Below, piece by piece: positions 29,726-39,706 of a stretch of DNA of 40,390 bases (positions are counted from its first letter, which is position 1; each line of letters starts with the position of its first letter). The position numbers and the translations under genes are program-made. Under the pieces are notes generated by a model. The model was given only the letters and a program-made list of their open reading frames with translations. It was not told the DNA's origin and did no database searches. The DNA comes from Bacteroidota bacterium (GTDB lineage Bacteria; Bacteroidota; Bacteroidia; Flavobacteriales_D; Crocinitomicaceae): the NCBI GenBank assembly GCA_041177985.1, contig JBEDAD010000286.1, positions 1-40,390 on the forward strand, written 5' to 3'.

Positions 29726-31438
29726 TGGAAAAATCAGGTCTTTCGACCAAATAGTAGTATTGCCACAGCTATCTTTTACAACAAGTTGGAAACTGTGCTT
29801 TCCTGAAAGTTGTATGGAAGGATTAAAAATTAAATAATTTCCCTTGGTTTCGTATTCTACAAGTTCCCATTCACCATCGACGAATACATCATACTCCTTA
29901 ATTTCCGTTTCGTTTTCGCTTACTTTCCAGGTTAAGCGATTTTTTGTTAGTAACGCTTCGGTTCCGGTAAAATTCAATGGTTTTACCGCTGGTGAAATAG
30001 TATCTACAACCAATTGAAAAGTTCCCAAAAACTTCGATTCTGCAACGGCCCAATTTTGCTCTAAATTAGTTGCGAGTGAATGTTTTTTTCCACCCGCCGT
30101 CACAACACGAATAAAGTATTTAGATGTTGGAACTATTGATTTTACTGGTAATTTTAATTTTACTGTTATGGGATTTTGAATTGGTGCAGCAGGATCTCCA
30201 AAGGTTATCGTTCCATTCAAGGAAAGATTTTTTATTGTTGGTTCATAGAAAGTATATTTTTGCGCTGAAAAATAAGCGTTCTCTCCTTGAAATGCATAGG
30301 TGGAATCCGGAAAAAGATATTTCCACGAAGGGAATAAATTAACCGTTGAAGATAGCTTTCCTGGTGCAACTTTTAGCTTGAATTTTAGTTCGGATTGGTT
30401 AGCATTCGGATCTGTTACAGCATAGCTTATCTGCAAACTATCCTCCGGTTTTAAAATGAATATGCCAGATTTTCCGCTTTTATAAATTTCTAATGGATTG
30501 TGCTGGGTTTTATACGATTTGTGAAATTTTCTTTTAGATTTCGAATATTCTTGGTAATCCTTGTGGCTATTCACAAAGCGGGATTCATCGAACGATATCT
30601 TGTCTAATTTTTGAGAAAAAAGTGTATCCTTCTCCGTAAGCAAAGTACTAGCATATAAACCACATGCATTTTGCGAATTATCCACGTGATCAACAACCTC
30701 AAATGCAAATCCGACGCCACCTTTTTCACTGCAATAATCTGCAGGAATTAGCAGTTGATTGCCACCAATATAGTAGCCAAACTTACCCTTTGAAACGGGT
30801 GATATATTAGATTTTCCTGGAATTTGATAGCCCTCTGCTGTTACACCATACACTTTTAGCGCTTTTATTTCAGGTGCGAGATGATCCGCAATGTTGAAAC
30901 CATAAACCAATGGATTGAGTGCAATTTCCGTTTTTGTATCGCGCAACTCGAAATGCAAATGTGGGGCAGTAGAGCTTCCTGAATTTCCGGAAAGGGCAAT
31001 TAAATCGCCTTTTTTCACCAGAATATCCGAAGGTGTAAAATAGATTTCAACCTCAAAATTTTGCTCTTTTTCTTGTGCTTTTTTAACTAAAGAATCCAAG
31101 GCTCCTTTAAATTTTGAGCAATGCGCATATACGCTCGTTATGCCATTCGGATGATCGATGTAAATTACTTTTCCATAACCATAAGGCGAAACTTTTACCC
31201 GCGAAATAAATCCGTTTTCAATGGCATAAAGCGGTATCCCTTCCACACCGTTTGTTTTAAAATCTACGCCCATGTGGAAATGATTTGGTCGTAATTCCCC
31301 AAAATTCGCAGAAATTGCAAGCGGAATAGCTAATGGAGAATGAAAATTACTCGGATTATCGACCTGGGAAAAACCAACAGAACAATTAATTAAGACGAAA
31401 ATAAGAAGCGAATGAAAGGAACAAGCAATAGTTGACAT
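29723..31438 (-). CDS. M23-family metallopeptidase with C-terminal beta-sandwich domains
   Basis: Signal peptide, the HxxxD motif (HFHMGVDF) and HxH motif (GNSGSSTAPHLHFELRD) of LytM/M23 peptidases, and a long Ig/FN3-like C-terminus. It is the only minus-strand gene in the window. Confidence 0.85.
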   Translation of the reverse strand: MSTIACSFHSLLIFVLINCSVGFSQVDNPSNFHSPLAIPLAISANFGELRPNHFHMGVDFKTNGVEGIPLYAIENGFISRVKVSPYGYGKVIYIDHPNGITSVYAHCSKFKGALDSLVKKAQEKEQNFEVEIYFTPSDILVKKGDLIALSGNSGSSTAPHLHFELRDTKTEIALNPLVYGFNIADHLAPEIKALKVYGVTAEGYQIPGKSNISPVSKGKFGYYIGGNQLLIPADYCSEKGGVGFAFEVVDHVDNSQNACGLYASTLLTEKDTLFSQKLDKISFDESRFVNSHKDYQEYSKSKRKFHKSYKTQHNPLEIYKSGKSGIFILKPEDSLQISYAVTDPNANQSELKFKLKVAPGKLSSTVNLFPSWKYLFPDSTYAFQGENAYFSAQKYTFYEPTIKNLSLNGTITFGDPAAPIQNPITVKLKLPVKSIVPTSKYFIRVVTAGGKKHSLATNLEQNWAVAESKFLGTFQLVVDTISPAVKPLNFTGTEALLTKNRLTWKVSENETEIKEYDVFVDGEWELVEYETKGNYLIFNPSIQLSGKHSFQLVVKDSCGNTTIWSKDLIFP

Positions 31439-31489
31439 GAATCAAAAGTACGAATTTGAAAAAATAATTACAAGAATGAAACAAATTTG

Positions 31490-31519
31490 TTGTGCATATT
31501 ACTTACTATATTAACTTTG
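31490..31519 (+). promoter_or_regulatory. candidate promoter for the coiled-coil/zapA/rny genes (TTG -33 / TAACTTTG -7)
   Basis: TTG at 31490-31492 and TAACTTTG at 31512-31519, with a 19-nt spacer, 17 nt upstream of ATG 31536. Confidence 0.35.
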
Positions 31520-31535
31520 TAAAAAGTCAAAACTA

Positions 31536-31847
31536 ATGACAGAACGTATTCAGAAAAGTATAGAGGAAATTCGCATTAAAAGTAAAGCGTTATTTTCTCA
31601 ATTGACTGAGGAGCGAGAAATGAACAAATCGTTGCTTGATGAATTGCGTACATTGAAGGAAATTGAAAGTAATCTTAAAGAAAAAGAGGCGGCCTACCTC
31701 CATGAGATTTCTGACCTTAAAATGGCATTGGAAGAGGCGAAAAGTCAAGTTGTCGAGGTTTCTATTCCGTCTTTTGGCAAGAAGGAAGATGAAATTGATG
31801 AATTGGTGAAGGAAATTGAATACTGCATTGGTCAGTTAAAAAAATAA
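31536..31847 (+). CDS. coiled-coil protein upstream of zapA (ZapB-like in architecture only)
   Basis: 103 aa, heptad-rich and Glu/Lys/Leu-rich, ending 3 nt before zapA. Confidence 0.5.
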   Translation: MTERIQKSIEEIRIKSKALFSQLTEEREMNKSLLDELRTLKEIESNLKEKEAAYLHEISDLKMALEEAKSQVVEVSIPSFGKKEDEIDELVKEIEYCIGQLKK

Positions 31848-31850
31848 CGA

Positions 31851-32141
31851 ATGGGTAAATTGTCCTTAAAAGTCGTCGTTGCCGGAAGAACCTATCCACT
31901 CACTGTTAACAGCGGTGAAGAGGCGAAAGTTACGAAAGCTGCAGAAGATATTAATAAAGCAATTAAAATGCTTCAGGACAATTATGCGGTGAAAGATATG
32001 CAAGATTTACTTGCAATGACTGCATTACAGCTCGCTACAAAGTCAACAAATACTACTGTTTCAGCTCCGGTTGAACCTGATTATTCCGAGATTGAAAGCA
32101 AGCTAAACGAACTTTCAACTGAAATAGATTTGTTGAGATAA
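31851..32141 (+). CDS. zapA: cell division protein ZapA
   Basis: 96 aa. KVVVAGRTYPLTVNSGEEAKVTKAAEDINKAIKML...LAMTALQLA matches the ZapA pattern. Confidence 0.8.
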   Translation: MGKLSLKVVVAGRTYPLTVNSGEEAKVTKAAEDINKAIKMLQDNYAVKDMQDLLAMTALQLATKSTNTTVSAPVEPDYSEIESKLNELSTEIDLLR

Positions 32142-32214
32142 CCATTTAATTTTTCTTCCTTCTTCATTTTTTCGATACAGCTTGGTAGGTTGTATAATTT
32201 AATAATTGAAAAAA

Positions 32215-33747
32215 ATGGAATTAGTAATAGGTCTAATTATCGGACTTGGTGGTGGAGCAGTTTCTGTCTTCTTCATTCAAAATGTTTTATTGAAAAATAA
32301 AAAAAATCAGATAATTCACGAAGCAGAATTAGAAGCAGAAAACATTAAAAAAGAAAAAATTCTTCAGGCAAAGGAACGGTTTTTGAAATTGAAAGAAGAC
32401 CATGAAGTTGCAATGAAAGAAAAAGAGCGTCGTCTGCAATCTACAGAAGACCGCGCAAAGGCTAGAGAGAAGACACTGGCGCAAAAAATCGAAGAAGTTA
32501 GCAGAAAGGAAAGTGATTTGGAAAAAAACCAATCCGAACTAGAAGCGAAGGTGGTAACGTTTGATTTAAAACACCAAGAACTGGAAAAAATTCAGGAAAA
32601 AAGAGTTGCTGAATTGTCTAGAATAAGCGGAATGTCTGCAGAAGATGCTAAAAATCATTTGATGGAAGCATTGAAAGACGAAGCAAGAACAAGCGCAATG
32701 ACCTATATCAAAGATATCACGGAAGAAGCGAAGTTGAACGCAAACAGAGAAGCTAAAAAAATCGTAATTCAATCTATTCAGCGCGTTGCAACGGAGCAAG
32801 CAGTTGAAAATGCTGTTTCTGTTTTCAATATTGAATCAGACGAAGTGAAAGGTAGAATCATTGGTAGAGAAGGCCGTAACATTCGTGCGCTGGAAGCAGC
32901 AACAGGAGTGGAAATTATTGTAGACGATACGCCAGAAGCAATTATATTATCTTGTTTTGACCCGGTTAGAAGAGAAATTGCACGTTTGGCTTTGCACCAA
33001 TTGGTTTCCGATGGAAGAATTCACCCTGCTCGAATTGAAGAGGTTGTTGCAAAAACGAAAAAGCAATTGGACGAAGAAATTGCAGAAACAGGTCGAAGAA
33101 CAGCAATGGATCTTGGAATTCATGGTTTGCATCCAGAATTGACGAGAATGGTCGGACGAATGAAATACCGTTCTTCTTACGGACAAAATCTTTTACAACA
33201 CTCTAGAGAAGTTGCAAATTTGTGCGCAACAATGGCTGCTGAATTAGGTCTGAATGTTAAGTTGGCGAAACGAGCTGGATTATTACACGATATTGGTAAA
33301 GTTCCAGACGATGAGCCGGAATTACCACACGCAATCCTAGGAATGAAAATTGCGGAAAAGTATGGTGAAAAACAAGAAGTTTTAAACGCAATTGGTGCCC
33401 ACCACGATGAAATTGAAATGACAACGTTGATTTCTCCAATCGTACAGGTCTGTGATGCCGTTTCGGGCGCGCGTCCTGGAGCAAGAAGAGAAATTGTTGA
33501 AGCATATATCAAACGAATTAAAGAACTGGAATCTCTTGCACTTTCTTACGACGGAGTTTCTACAGCATACGCTATTCAAGCGGGTAGAGAATTGCGTGTT
33601 TTAGTGGAAGCAGAAAAGGTAACAGATTTAAAAGCGGATGAATTATCGTTTGCAATATCTCAACGAATTCAAACGGAAATGACGTATCCTGGCCAAGTAA
33701 AGGTGACGGTGATTCGTGAAAAAAGATCTGTAAACTACGCCAAATAA
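32215..33747 (+). CDS. rny: ribonuclease Y
   Basis: N-terminal TM helix, long coiled coil, KH domain ([26 protein letters not shown]) and HD domain (LLHDIGK...GAHH). ATG 32215 is preferred over the tracked TTG 32206. Confidence 0.93.
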   Translation: MELVIGLIIGLGGGAVSVFFIQNVLLKNKKNQIIHEAELEAENIKKEKILQAKERFLKLKEDHEVAMKEKERRLQSTEDRAKAREKTLAQKIEEVSRKESDLEKNQSELEAKVVTFDLKHQELEKIQEKRVAELSRISGMSAEDAKNHLMEALKDEARTSAMTYIKDITEEAKLNANREAKKIVIQSIQRVATEQAVENAVSVFNIESDEVKGRIIGREGRNIRALEAATGVEIIVDDTPEAIILSCFDPVRREIARLALHQLVSDGRIHPARIEEVVAKTKKQLDEEIAETGRRTAMDLGIHGLHPELTRMVGRMKYRSSYGQNLLQHSREVANLCATMAAELGLNVKLAKRAGLLHDIGKVPDDEPELPHAILGMKIAEKYGEKQEVLNAIGAHHDEIEMTTLISPIVQVCDAVSGARPGARREIVEAYIKRIKELESLALSYDGVSTAYAIQAGRELRVLVEAEKVTDLKADELSFAISQRIQTEMTYPGQVKVTVIREKRSVNYAK

Positions 33748-33761
33748 TAAAAAATAAAGCA

Positions 33762-34739
33762 ATGTTAGAAGGTTTAAAAGGAAAAAGTGTCTTAGTTACC
33801 GGTGGAGCTGGTTTTATTGGTTCTAATCTGGTTGAGGCTCTTTTGAATCTTGGTGCAAAAGTTTCTGTTTTTGATAATTTAGAAACTGGAAAACGAACGA
33901 ATTTAACAGAATTTGATTCCAACGAAGCATTTACTTTTATTGAGGGTGATATTCGCAATTACGAGGAGTGTTTAAGCGCAATGGAGGGAATTGATTTGAT
34001 TTCTCACCAAGCAGCTTTAGGTTCAGTACCGCGATCAATTGAATTCCCGCACAATACACATGCTGTAAATGCAACTGGATTTTTAAATATGCTACACGCA
34101 GCAAAAGAATCTGGCGTTAAACGTTTTGTATATGCGAGCTCAAGTTCGGTTTATGGTGATTCCCCAGCTTCCCCAAAAAAGGAAGGCGAAGAAGGAAATC
34201 CACTTTCTCCATACGCTGTTACCAAATCACTGAATGAAAAGTATGCCAAAGTGTATAGCCAATTGCATGGAATGGAAACAGTTGGTTTGCGTTATTTTAA
34301 TGTTTTTGGACCGAAACAAGATCCAAATGGTGTTTACGCTGCCGCAATTCCAAAATTCATGGATAAAATGATACACGGTCAAGAAATTATCATTAACGGC
34401 GATGGAGAGCACACGAGAGATTTTACCTATGTGAAGAATGCTGTACACGCCAATCTTTTGGCATTATCGGCAACTAATTCGAAAATCCAAGGGGAAGTTT
34501 TCAATGTGGCATGCGGCGCTGCTTATTCGCTCAACGAAATCCTTCACGTAATTCAAGAAAGCTTGAGATTGAAGGGTCTTTATAATGAAAACACAAAAAT
34601 CACAAACGGACCTGAGCGCTCAGGGGATGTGAAGCATTCTCTAGCAGATATTTCTAAAATTACCCACTTAATGGATTACGACTGTAAGTTTGATTTTAAC
34701 AGTGGAATAAAAGAATATGTTGGGTCATTGAAAAATTAA
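33762..34739 (+). CDS. NAD-dependent sugar-nucleotide epimerase/dehydratase (WbpP/TviC-like UDP-sugar 4-epimerase family)
   Basis: VLVTGGAGFIGSNL Rossmann motif, YASSSSVYG, catalytic YAVTK and the GLRYFNVFGPKQDPNGVYAAAIPKF signature. Confidence 0.8.
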   Translation: MLEGLKGKSVLVTGGAGFIGSNLVEALLNLGAKVSVFDNLETGKRTNLTEFDSNEAFTFIEGDIRNYEECLSAMEGIDLISHQAALGSVPRSIEFPHNTHAVNATGFLNMLHAAKESGVKRFVYASSSSVYGDSPASPKKEGEEGNPLSPYAVTKSLNEKYAKVYSQLHGMETVGLRYFNVFGPKQDPNGVYAAAIPKFMDKMIHGQEIIINGDGEHTRDFTYVKNAVHANLLALSATNSKIQGEVFNVACGAAYSLNEILHVIQESLRLKGLYNENTKITNGPERSGDVKHSLADISKITHLMDYDCKFDFNSGIKEYVGSLKN

Positions 34740-34742
34740 CGT

Positions 34743-36008
34743 ATGCTTAGGCGGTTAAAAACTGATTTTGTTTCATCCGTATTGATTCTCGTTTCAGGAA
34801 CGGTCGTTGCTCAATTAATCGCTTATGCACTTTCGCCACTAATTTCTCGCTTATATGCGCCGGAGGAAATGTCTTATCTGTCATTATTCTCTAGAATTGT
34901 CGGTTTTTTGGCTGTTATTTCAACTGCTCGTTTTGAACTAGCATTTCCACTGCCAAAAAGAGAAGAGCATGCTTTTTCGCTCTATAAAGTGTCTTTGAAA
35001 ATCACGGGTATTGTTTTTCTTATTATCTCATGCTGCGTATTTTTACTTTCTTTTCATACTTGGTCTGACCCAAATATGCTGTTTATTTTAGCACTAGTCC
35101 CATTCGGAACTCTTTTTCTTGCGCTAAATAACCAAGGAATGACGTGGGCTATTCGAACAAAGGATTTTCGCAGCATCAGTGTTTCAAAGGTGTTTTTAAC
35201 GCTTTTCAACTCTGTGACCGCAATTGCTCTTGCACTGTTTTCGTTTGGATACAAAGGATTAATAGTTGCTTATTTAATGGGAATTATAACAAGCTCGATT
35301 GTTTTTGTCAAACCATTTTTTAAGGTAAATAAACAGAACAAACCATTTTCTTGGAAGGGTAGAAAATTTGCGATCGCAAAACAATATGCTGCGTTTCCCA
35401 AAATAAATTTACCGCATGTACTAATTGAATTAGGAAAAGAATTATTCATCGCGTTTTATTTACTGTATACTTTTGAATCAGATATTTTAGGTTTATACGA
35501 TTTCTCTTATCGTATGTTGCGCTTACCAATCAGCTTAATTGGCGTTTCCATCAGTCAAGTTTTTTTTAACAAAGCTGCAGGAATGGTAAATGAAGGTGTG
35601 CCAATTTTTCCGTTAGTTAAGAAAACCATCTTAATCCTTTTTGCAATTTCAATTGTTCCATTTACGCTTTTGTTTTTTACTGGAAGTGACCTTTTTGCCT
35701 TTGTATTTGGAGAACCGTGGAGGGAAGCTGGACGTTTTTCAGAAAGTATGGCACCTTGGTTAATGATGAATTTTTTGGTTTCCCCAATTTCTCAAATCCC
35801 CCTAATCTTGAATAAACAACGCGCATTTTTCATCTTAAGTTTATTCGGAACTGCAATAATGGTATTTACACTTTTAATTGGAGAGATTTTTCCAGCGTGG
35901 AATCTAACGTTTTCCGAGATTTTAAAGGTTGTGAGTATTGGACAGTTTTTTTTCTTTGCTTACGTTTTGGGATGGACAATTTGGCTAACTAAAAAGTTTG
36001 ATGTCTAA
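34743..36008 (+). CDS. Wzx-like polysaccharide/oligosaccharide flippase (MOP superfamily), copy 1
   Basis: 421 aa, roughly 12 TM, with the N-terminal GTVVAQLIAYALSPLISRLYAPEEM motif typical of Polysacc_synt flippases. Confidence 0.75.
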   Translation: MLRRLKTDFVSSVLILVSGTVVAQLIAYALSPLISRLYAPEEMSYLSLFSRIVGFLAVISTARFELAFPLPKREEHAFSLYKVSLKITGIVFLIISCCVFLLSFHTWSDPNMLFILALVPFGTLFLALNNQGMTWAIRTKDFRSISVSKVFLTLFNSVTAIALALFSFGYKGLIVAYLMGIITSSIVFVKPFFKVNKQNKPFSWKGRKFAIAKQYAAFPKINLPHVLIELGKELFIAFYLLYTFESDILGLYDFSYRMLRLPISLIGVSISQVFFNKAAGMVNEGVPIFPLVKKTILILFAISIVPFTLLFFTGSDLFAFVFGEPWREAGRFSESMAPWLMMNFLVSPISQIPLILNKQRAFFILSLFGTAIMVFTLLIGEIFPAWNLTFSEILKVVSIGQFFFFAYVLGWTIWLTKKFDV

Positions 36009-36223
36009 GTAATTTTTTTTGGAAATCCATTGAGTAGTTATTTTTTCAACGCAAGAATGTTTCGTTTTTATGGTGGGTTTTCTAATTTATGGGTTGTAGG
36101 ATTCAAATTGTTTTAGGGTTGAAAATTTAAATTCTTATGCGTCAAGCATTCCCCCTGATTTTAAGTCAAAACTTATACTAAATTTGTTGTAAATTATATG
36201 CTTTGCCAAAGAAAAATGTGCAA

Positions 36224-37501
36224 ATGAGTAAACGTTCGGAACTCACAAAAAATATTCTGAAACTAATAACAGGAACGGCAATTGCGCAACTGATTAGTAT
36301 TCTAATTTCGCCAGCTTTGACGCGCATATATACCAGCGAAGAATTTGGTGAATTCACACTTGTATCTTCTATTTTCGCTATGTTGGCGCTAATCGCAGGA
36401 GGAAGATATGAATTAGCGATACTTCTCCCTAAACGAAAAACAGAAGCAGCAAATGTTTTTGTTCTGAGTCTGCTTGTGAATTGTTTGTTTTTAGTAGTGT
36501 TAATCGCTTCTTTTACCGTGATTGATTATTTTTGGATCGATCAAAATTTTGGGATTTGGTATTATGTCATTCCATTTTTTGTTTTTCTTTTGGGAATCAT
36601 TCAAAGCGTGAATGCATGGTTTAACAGACGAAAGATGTACCATGCCATTGCTGTGAATAAAATAGTTTCTGCGGCCTCCACAAATGGCTTGTCCCTGTTG
36701 AATGGGTTGTTAAAAGTCACTTTTAACGGTTTATTACTTGCAACATTGATTGCCGGTTTTGTCAATATTCTCCTGTTATTTTACCAAATCAGAAAAGACT
36801 GGAATTATATTCGAAGGAGTATTTCATTTGCAAGAATGAAAGAGTTTGGAAAAAAATACAAGCGCTTCCCATTGATTAATTCTTTTCAGTCCATAATGGA
36901 CGCCTCGCAAATAAATGGGTTGATTTACCTTATTTCTGCTCTTTTCGGAAAACAAATAGTGGGTATTTTTGCTTTGGCAATTCGAATATTAATTGCCCCA
37001 ATGAATTTTATTGGTGGATCCATTTCACAAGTTTTTTATCAAGAAGCCAATGATTTGCACAATTCATCGAAAGGAATCATTCCCTTGATGAAAAAAACCA
37101 TCGTTCAAACCTCCCTTTTAATGGCTTTCGTTTTGGTGGTAATTTTGCTCTTCGGTCCTTTTCTGTTCGGAATGATTTTCGGCGAAGAATGGACACCTGC
37201 AGGAGTGTATGCACAGATAATTTGTCCATGGATTTGTCTTGATTTTATTCGAGCGCCACTTTCTCAAATTCCAATTATTTTAAACAAACAAAAAGAAATG
37301 CTTTATCTTTCTATTGTAAATAATATCCTAACTTTAATTTTGTTAGTGGTTGTTGGAATTTATTTTAAAGATTTGACAATCCTTTTGTTTGTGATCACTA
37401 TAACCCAAGTCGTTTACATAACGATTGTATTACTTTGGATTTTTAGAATAGCGTTAAAAAATGACCTTTCTCTTAAATTAGGGCACTTAATAAAAGAGTA
37501 G
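36224..37501 (+). CDS. Wzx-like polysaccharide/oligosaccharide flippase, copy 2 (diverged paralog of 34743-36008)
   Basis: GTAIAQLISILISPALTRIYTSEEF and FGEEWTPAG...PLSQIPIILNKQ align by eye with copy 1 (FGEPWREAG...PISQIPLILNKQ). ATG 36224 is preferred over the tracked TTG 36203. Confidence 0.75.
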   Translation: MSKRSELTKNILKLITGTAIAQLISILISPALTRIYTSEEFGEFTLVSSIFAMLALIAGGRYELAILLPKRKTEAANVFVLSLLVNCLFLVVLIASFTVIDYFWIDQNFGIWYYVIPFFVFLLGIIQSVNAWFNRRKMYHAIAVNKIVSAASTNGLSLLNGLLKVTFNGLLLATLIAGFVNILLLFYQIRKDWNYIRRSISFARMKEFGKKYKRFPLINSFQSIMDASQINGLIYLISALFGKQIVGIFALAIRILIAPMNFIGGSISQVFYQEANDLHNSSKGIIPLMKKTIVQTSLLMAFVLVVILLFGPFLFGMIFGEEWTPAGVYAQIICPWICLDFIRAPLSQIPIILNKQKEMLYLSIVNNILTLILLVVVGIYFKDLTILLFVITITQVVYITIVLLWIFRIALKNDLSLKLGHLIKE

Positions 37502-37524
37502 CAAACAACTGTGAAACGGATACT

Positions 37525-38793
37525 ATGCGAATTGTAAATTATATAAAAGAAAATTATATTTTCTTGTTTTTTGTGTTTCTGGCTTTTTTTCCAACTATTA
37601 GAATTTTAGTAGTTGGGACTAGCTCCTCTTCGAATATTCTAGAATTTATCGTTTCAAGTTTACCAGAAGTTTGCTTTTTAGTGGTTTTGATTTTTTCTGC
37701 CAAACAATTTAGAAAGACGGGATTCGAAACAAAACATTTTTTAGACAAGCTCTTCTTTTTCTATGTTTTATACAACATCCTTGTTGGCGTTTTAGTTGCA
37801 AATGATTTAATAATAAGTATTTATGCGATAAGACTCACTTACCTTCCAATGCTTATTTATTTCATAGCCAGTTTTTCTCGGCTTCAATTCCATACATTTG
37901 AAATTATTTTAGAAAAAATATTCACCTTTTTTGTTTGGTTAGGAATCATCGGTTTAGTGCTTTATTTCTTGGCTCCAGACTTTCAAAATTATTTTTTACG
38001 AAAGGCGACTAATGGAATAATTGCAGAATATTTTATAATCCGCTTTACATCGATACTTTGGACTCCAGTTGTTTTTTCAAGTATCGCAACAGCGTCCATT
38101 ATTTATTGGTTTTTTAGATTTTTAATGGATAATCGCAGGATTTATGTACTTTATTTGGCGATCCTATCCCTTTGCTTATTTCTCTCCGTTTCACGCGGAG
38201 CAATGATTGCTTTGGTGTTTTGTATACTGCTTATCGGTGTTCTTAAAATGGATTGGAAAAAATTACTTTTGGTTCTTCTTCTTCAAATAAGTATGTTTTC
38301 TGTAGTAGGTTTTTACATTTCCAACCCAATTGAATTTGGCACATGGATTATTAAATCGTCTAAAGAAACAGTTGAAATGAAGGAGGGAGTTACCCGCGTC
38401 GATTTATGGCAGAAATCAAATAAAAATATTTATAAATATCCTTTTGGTTTAGGTTTGGGGAAAGCCGGACATGTTGCTGCCAGATTTCATGCGAAAGATA
38501 ATTCGAAAGTTTCTACTTGCTCTACAGATGGCTGGTATTTGAAGTTGCTGCTTGAAACCGGATACATTGCACTTGCTTTTTATATCGCCATTTCCCTTTT
38601 GGTTTTTTGGCAATGGTGGAGGTACTTTCGGAAATTTGGATTTGATATTTTAACCTTTATTTTTGTCCTTGGTTGCGCTGTTAATATTCAGAATATTGTC
38701 AGTAACGTGCTTGATTTCTATATGTTTTCCTATCTCTATTGGTTTATTTTCGGTATTTTTATACTGAAATTGAAGCGCGTTTCAAATGTCTGA
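37525..38793 (+). CDS. O-antigen ligase/polymerase (Wzy_C) family membrane protein
   Basis: 422 aa, at least 10 TM, an LSVSRGAMIAL motif and a periplasmic loop with GLGLGKAGH, typical of Wzy/WaaL-type proteins. Confidence 0.7.
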   Translation: MRIVNYIKENYIFLFFVFLAFFPTIRILVVGTSSSSNILEFIVSSLPEVCFLVVLIFSAKQFRKTGFETKHFLDKLFFFYVLYNILVGVLVANDLIISIYAIRLTYLPMLIYFIASFSRLQFHTFEIILEKIFTFFVWLGIIGLVLYFLAPDFQNYFLRKATNGIIAEYFIIRFTSILWTPVVFSSIATASIIYWFFRFLMDNRRIYVLYLAILSLCLFLSVSRGAMIALVFCILLIGVLKMDWKKLLLVLLLQISMFSVVGFYISNPIEFGTWIIKSSKETVEMKEGVTRVDLWQKSNKNIYKYPFGLGLGKAGHVAARFHAKDNSKVSTCSTDGWYLKLLLETGYIALAFYIAISLLVFWQWWRYFRKFGFDILTFIFVLGCAVNIQNIVSNVLDFYMFSYLYWFIFGIFILKLKRVSNV

Positions 38794-39706
38794 GGTAAAA
38801 GTATCTATTGTAATTGTTAACTATAACGTCAAAGATTTAATTTTGACTTGTATTCGCTCCCTTTATCAATTTTGCGGTAACGCAGGGGATTTGGAAATTA
38901 TTGTAATCGATAACCAATCCATTGATGGTTCTTGTCAAGCAATTAGAACAGAATTTCCGGATGTTATTTTGATGGAAAACAGCGAAAATGAAGGTTTTCC
39001 GAAAGCAAATAATCAGGGTTTTTCCATTGCAAAAGGGGATTATATTTTCATGTTGAATCCGGATACGGAATTTCAAGAAAATTCCATCGAAAAATTGCGG
39101 CAGTTTCTAGAAGACAACAAAACGGTTGGTATAGTGGCTCCAGGATTATTAAATACGGATGGCACACATCAAAGTAGTGTTTGGAGATATCCAAGTTTGT
39201 TTTCAATTTTTTGTGAATTTCATTATCTCACATCGCTACTCAAACGCAAAAACTATTTAGACAAAGATTTCACCAAGCAATTTGAAGCAGAAAGTTTTTC
39301 GGGTGCAGCAATTTTTTTTAGGAAATCTATTTTGGATGAAATTGGAAATCTTGATGAAACGATGTTTTGGATTGAGGATGTTGAATTTTGCTATCGAGCT
39401 GTTCAAAATGGTATAAAATGTGTGTATTTCCCAGAAACTAAAATTATTCACCACATCGGTCAAAGCGCCAAAAAGAATTATACGATTTCTATTTCAAATC
39501 AGGTTTTCAACAAAATTAAGTTTTTTAACAAACACCATTCGAACTTTTCAGCAAAGTTGGTCATCTTGCTTTCTTTCTTGCATGTCGTTCAAAAAAGTAT
39601 TGTCTTCGGAATCCTATCGCCATTCAATGTTGTATATAAACGTAAAGCGTCCGCCTATCGTTATACTATATTTAAAGTGTTTAATCCACCTAAAGGAATC
39701 GCTTAG
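38786..39706 (+). CDS. family 2 glycosyltransferase
   Basis: VSIVIVNYN start, DNQSIDGS, the FMLNPDTEF (DxD-like) motif and a rhamnosyltransferase-like GT2 layout. It overlaps the previous gene by 8 nt. Confidence 0.85.
   Translation: MSEVKVSIVIVNYNVKDLILTCIRSLYQFCGNAGDLEIIVIDNQSIDGSCQAIRTEFPDVILMENSENEGFPKANNQGFSIAKGDYIFMLNPDTEFQENSIEKLRQFLEDNKTVGIVAPGLLNTDGTHQSSVWRYPSLFSIFCEFHYLTSLLKRKNYLDKDFTKQFEAESFSGAAIFFRKSILDEIGNLDETMFWIEDVEFCYRAVQNGIKCVYFPETKIIHHIGQSAKKNYTISISNQVFNKIKFFNKHHSNFSAKLVILLSFLHVVQKSIVFGILSPFNVVYKRKASAYRYTIFKVFNPPKGIA

Noticed and set aside
32142-32205. 6S RNA (ssrS) downstream of zapA, as in E. coli
   Set aside because: The zapA-rny gap is only 64 nt (73 nt to ATG 32215), far shorter than a 6S RNA of about 180 nt, and it shows no extended hairpin.
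33572-33958. 128-aa minus-strand ORF spanning the rny 3' end and the epimerase 5' end
   Set aside because: It overlaps two well-supported plus-strand genes and the short gap between them, and it shows no recognisable motifs.
36057-36116. 19-codon mini-ORF (MFRFYGGFSNLWVVGFKLF*) in the spacer between the two flippases
   Set aside because: It is very short, has no distinctive features and has no supporting context. It is mentioned only as part of the spacer discussed in the findings.
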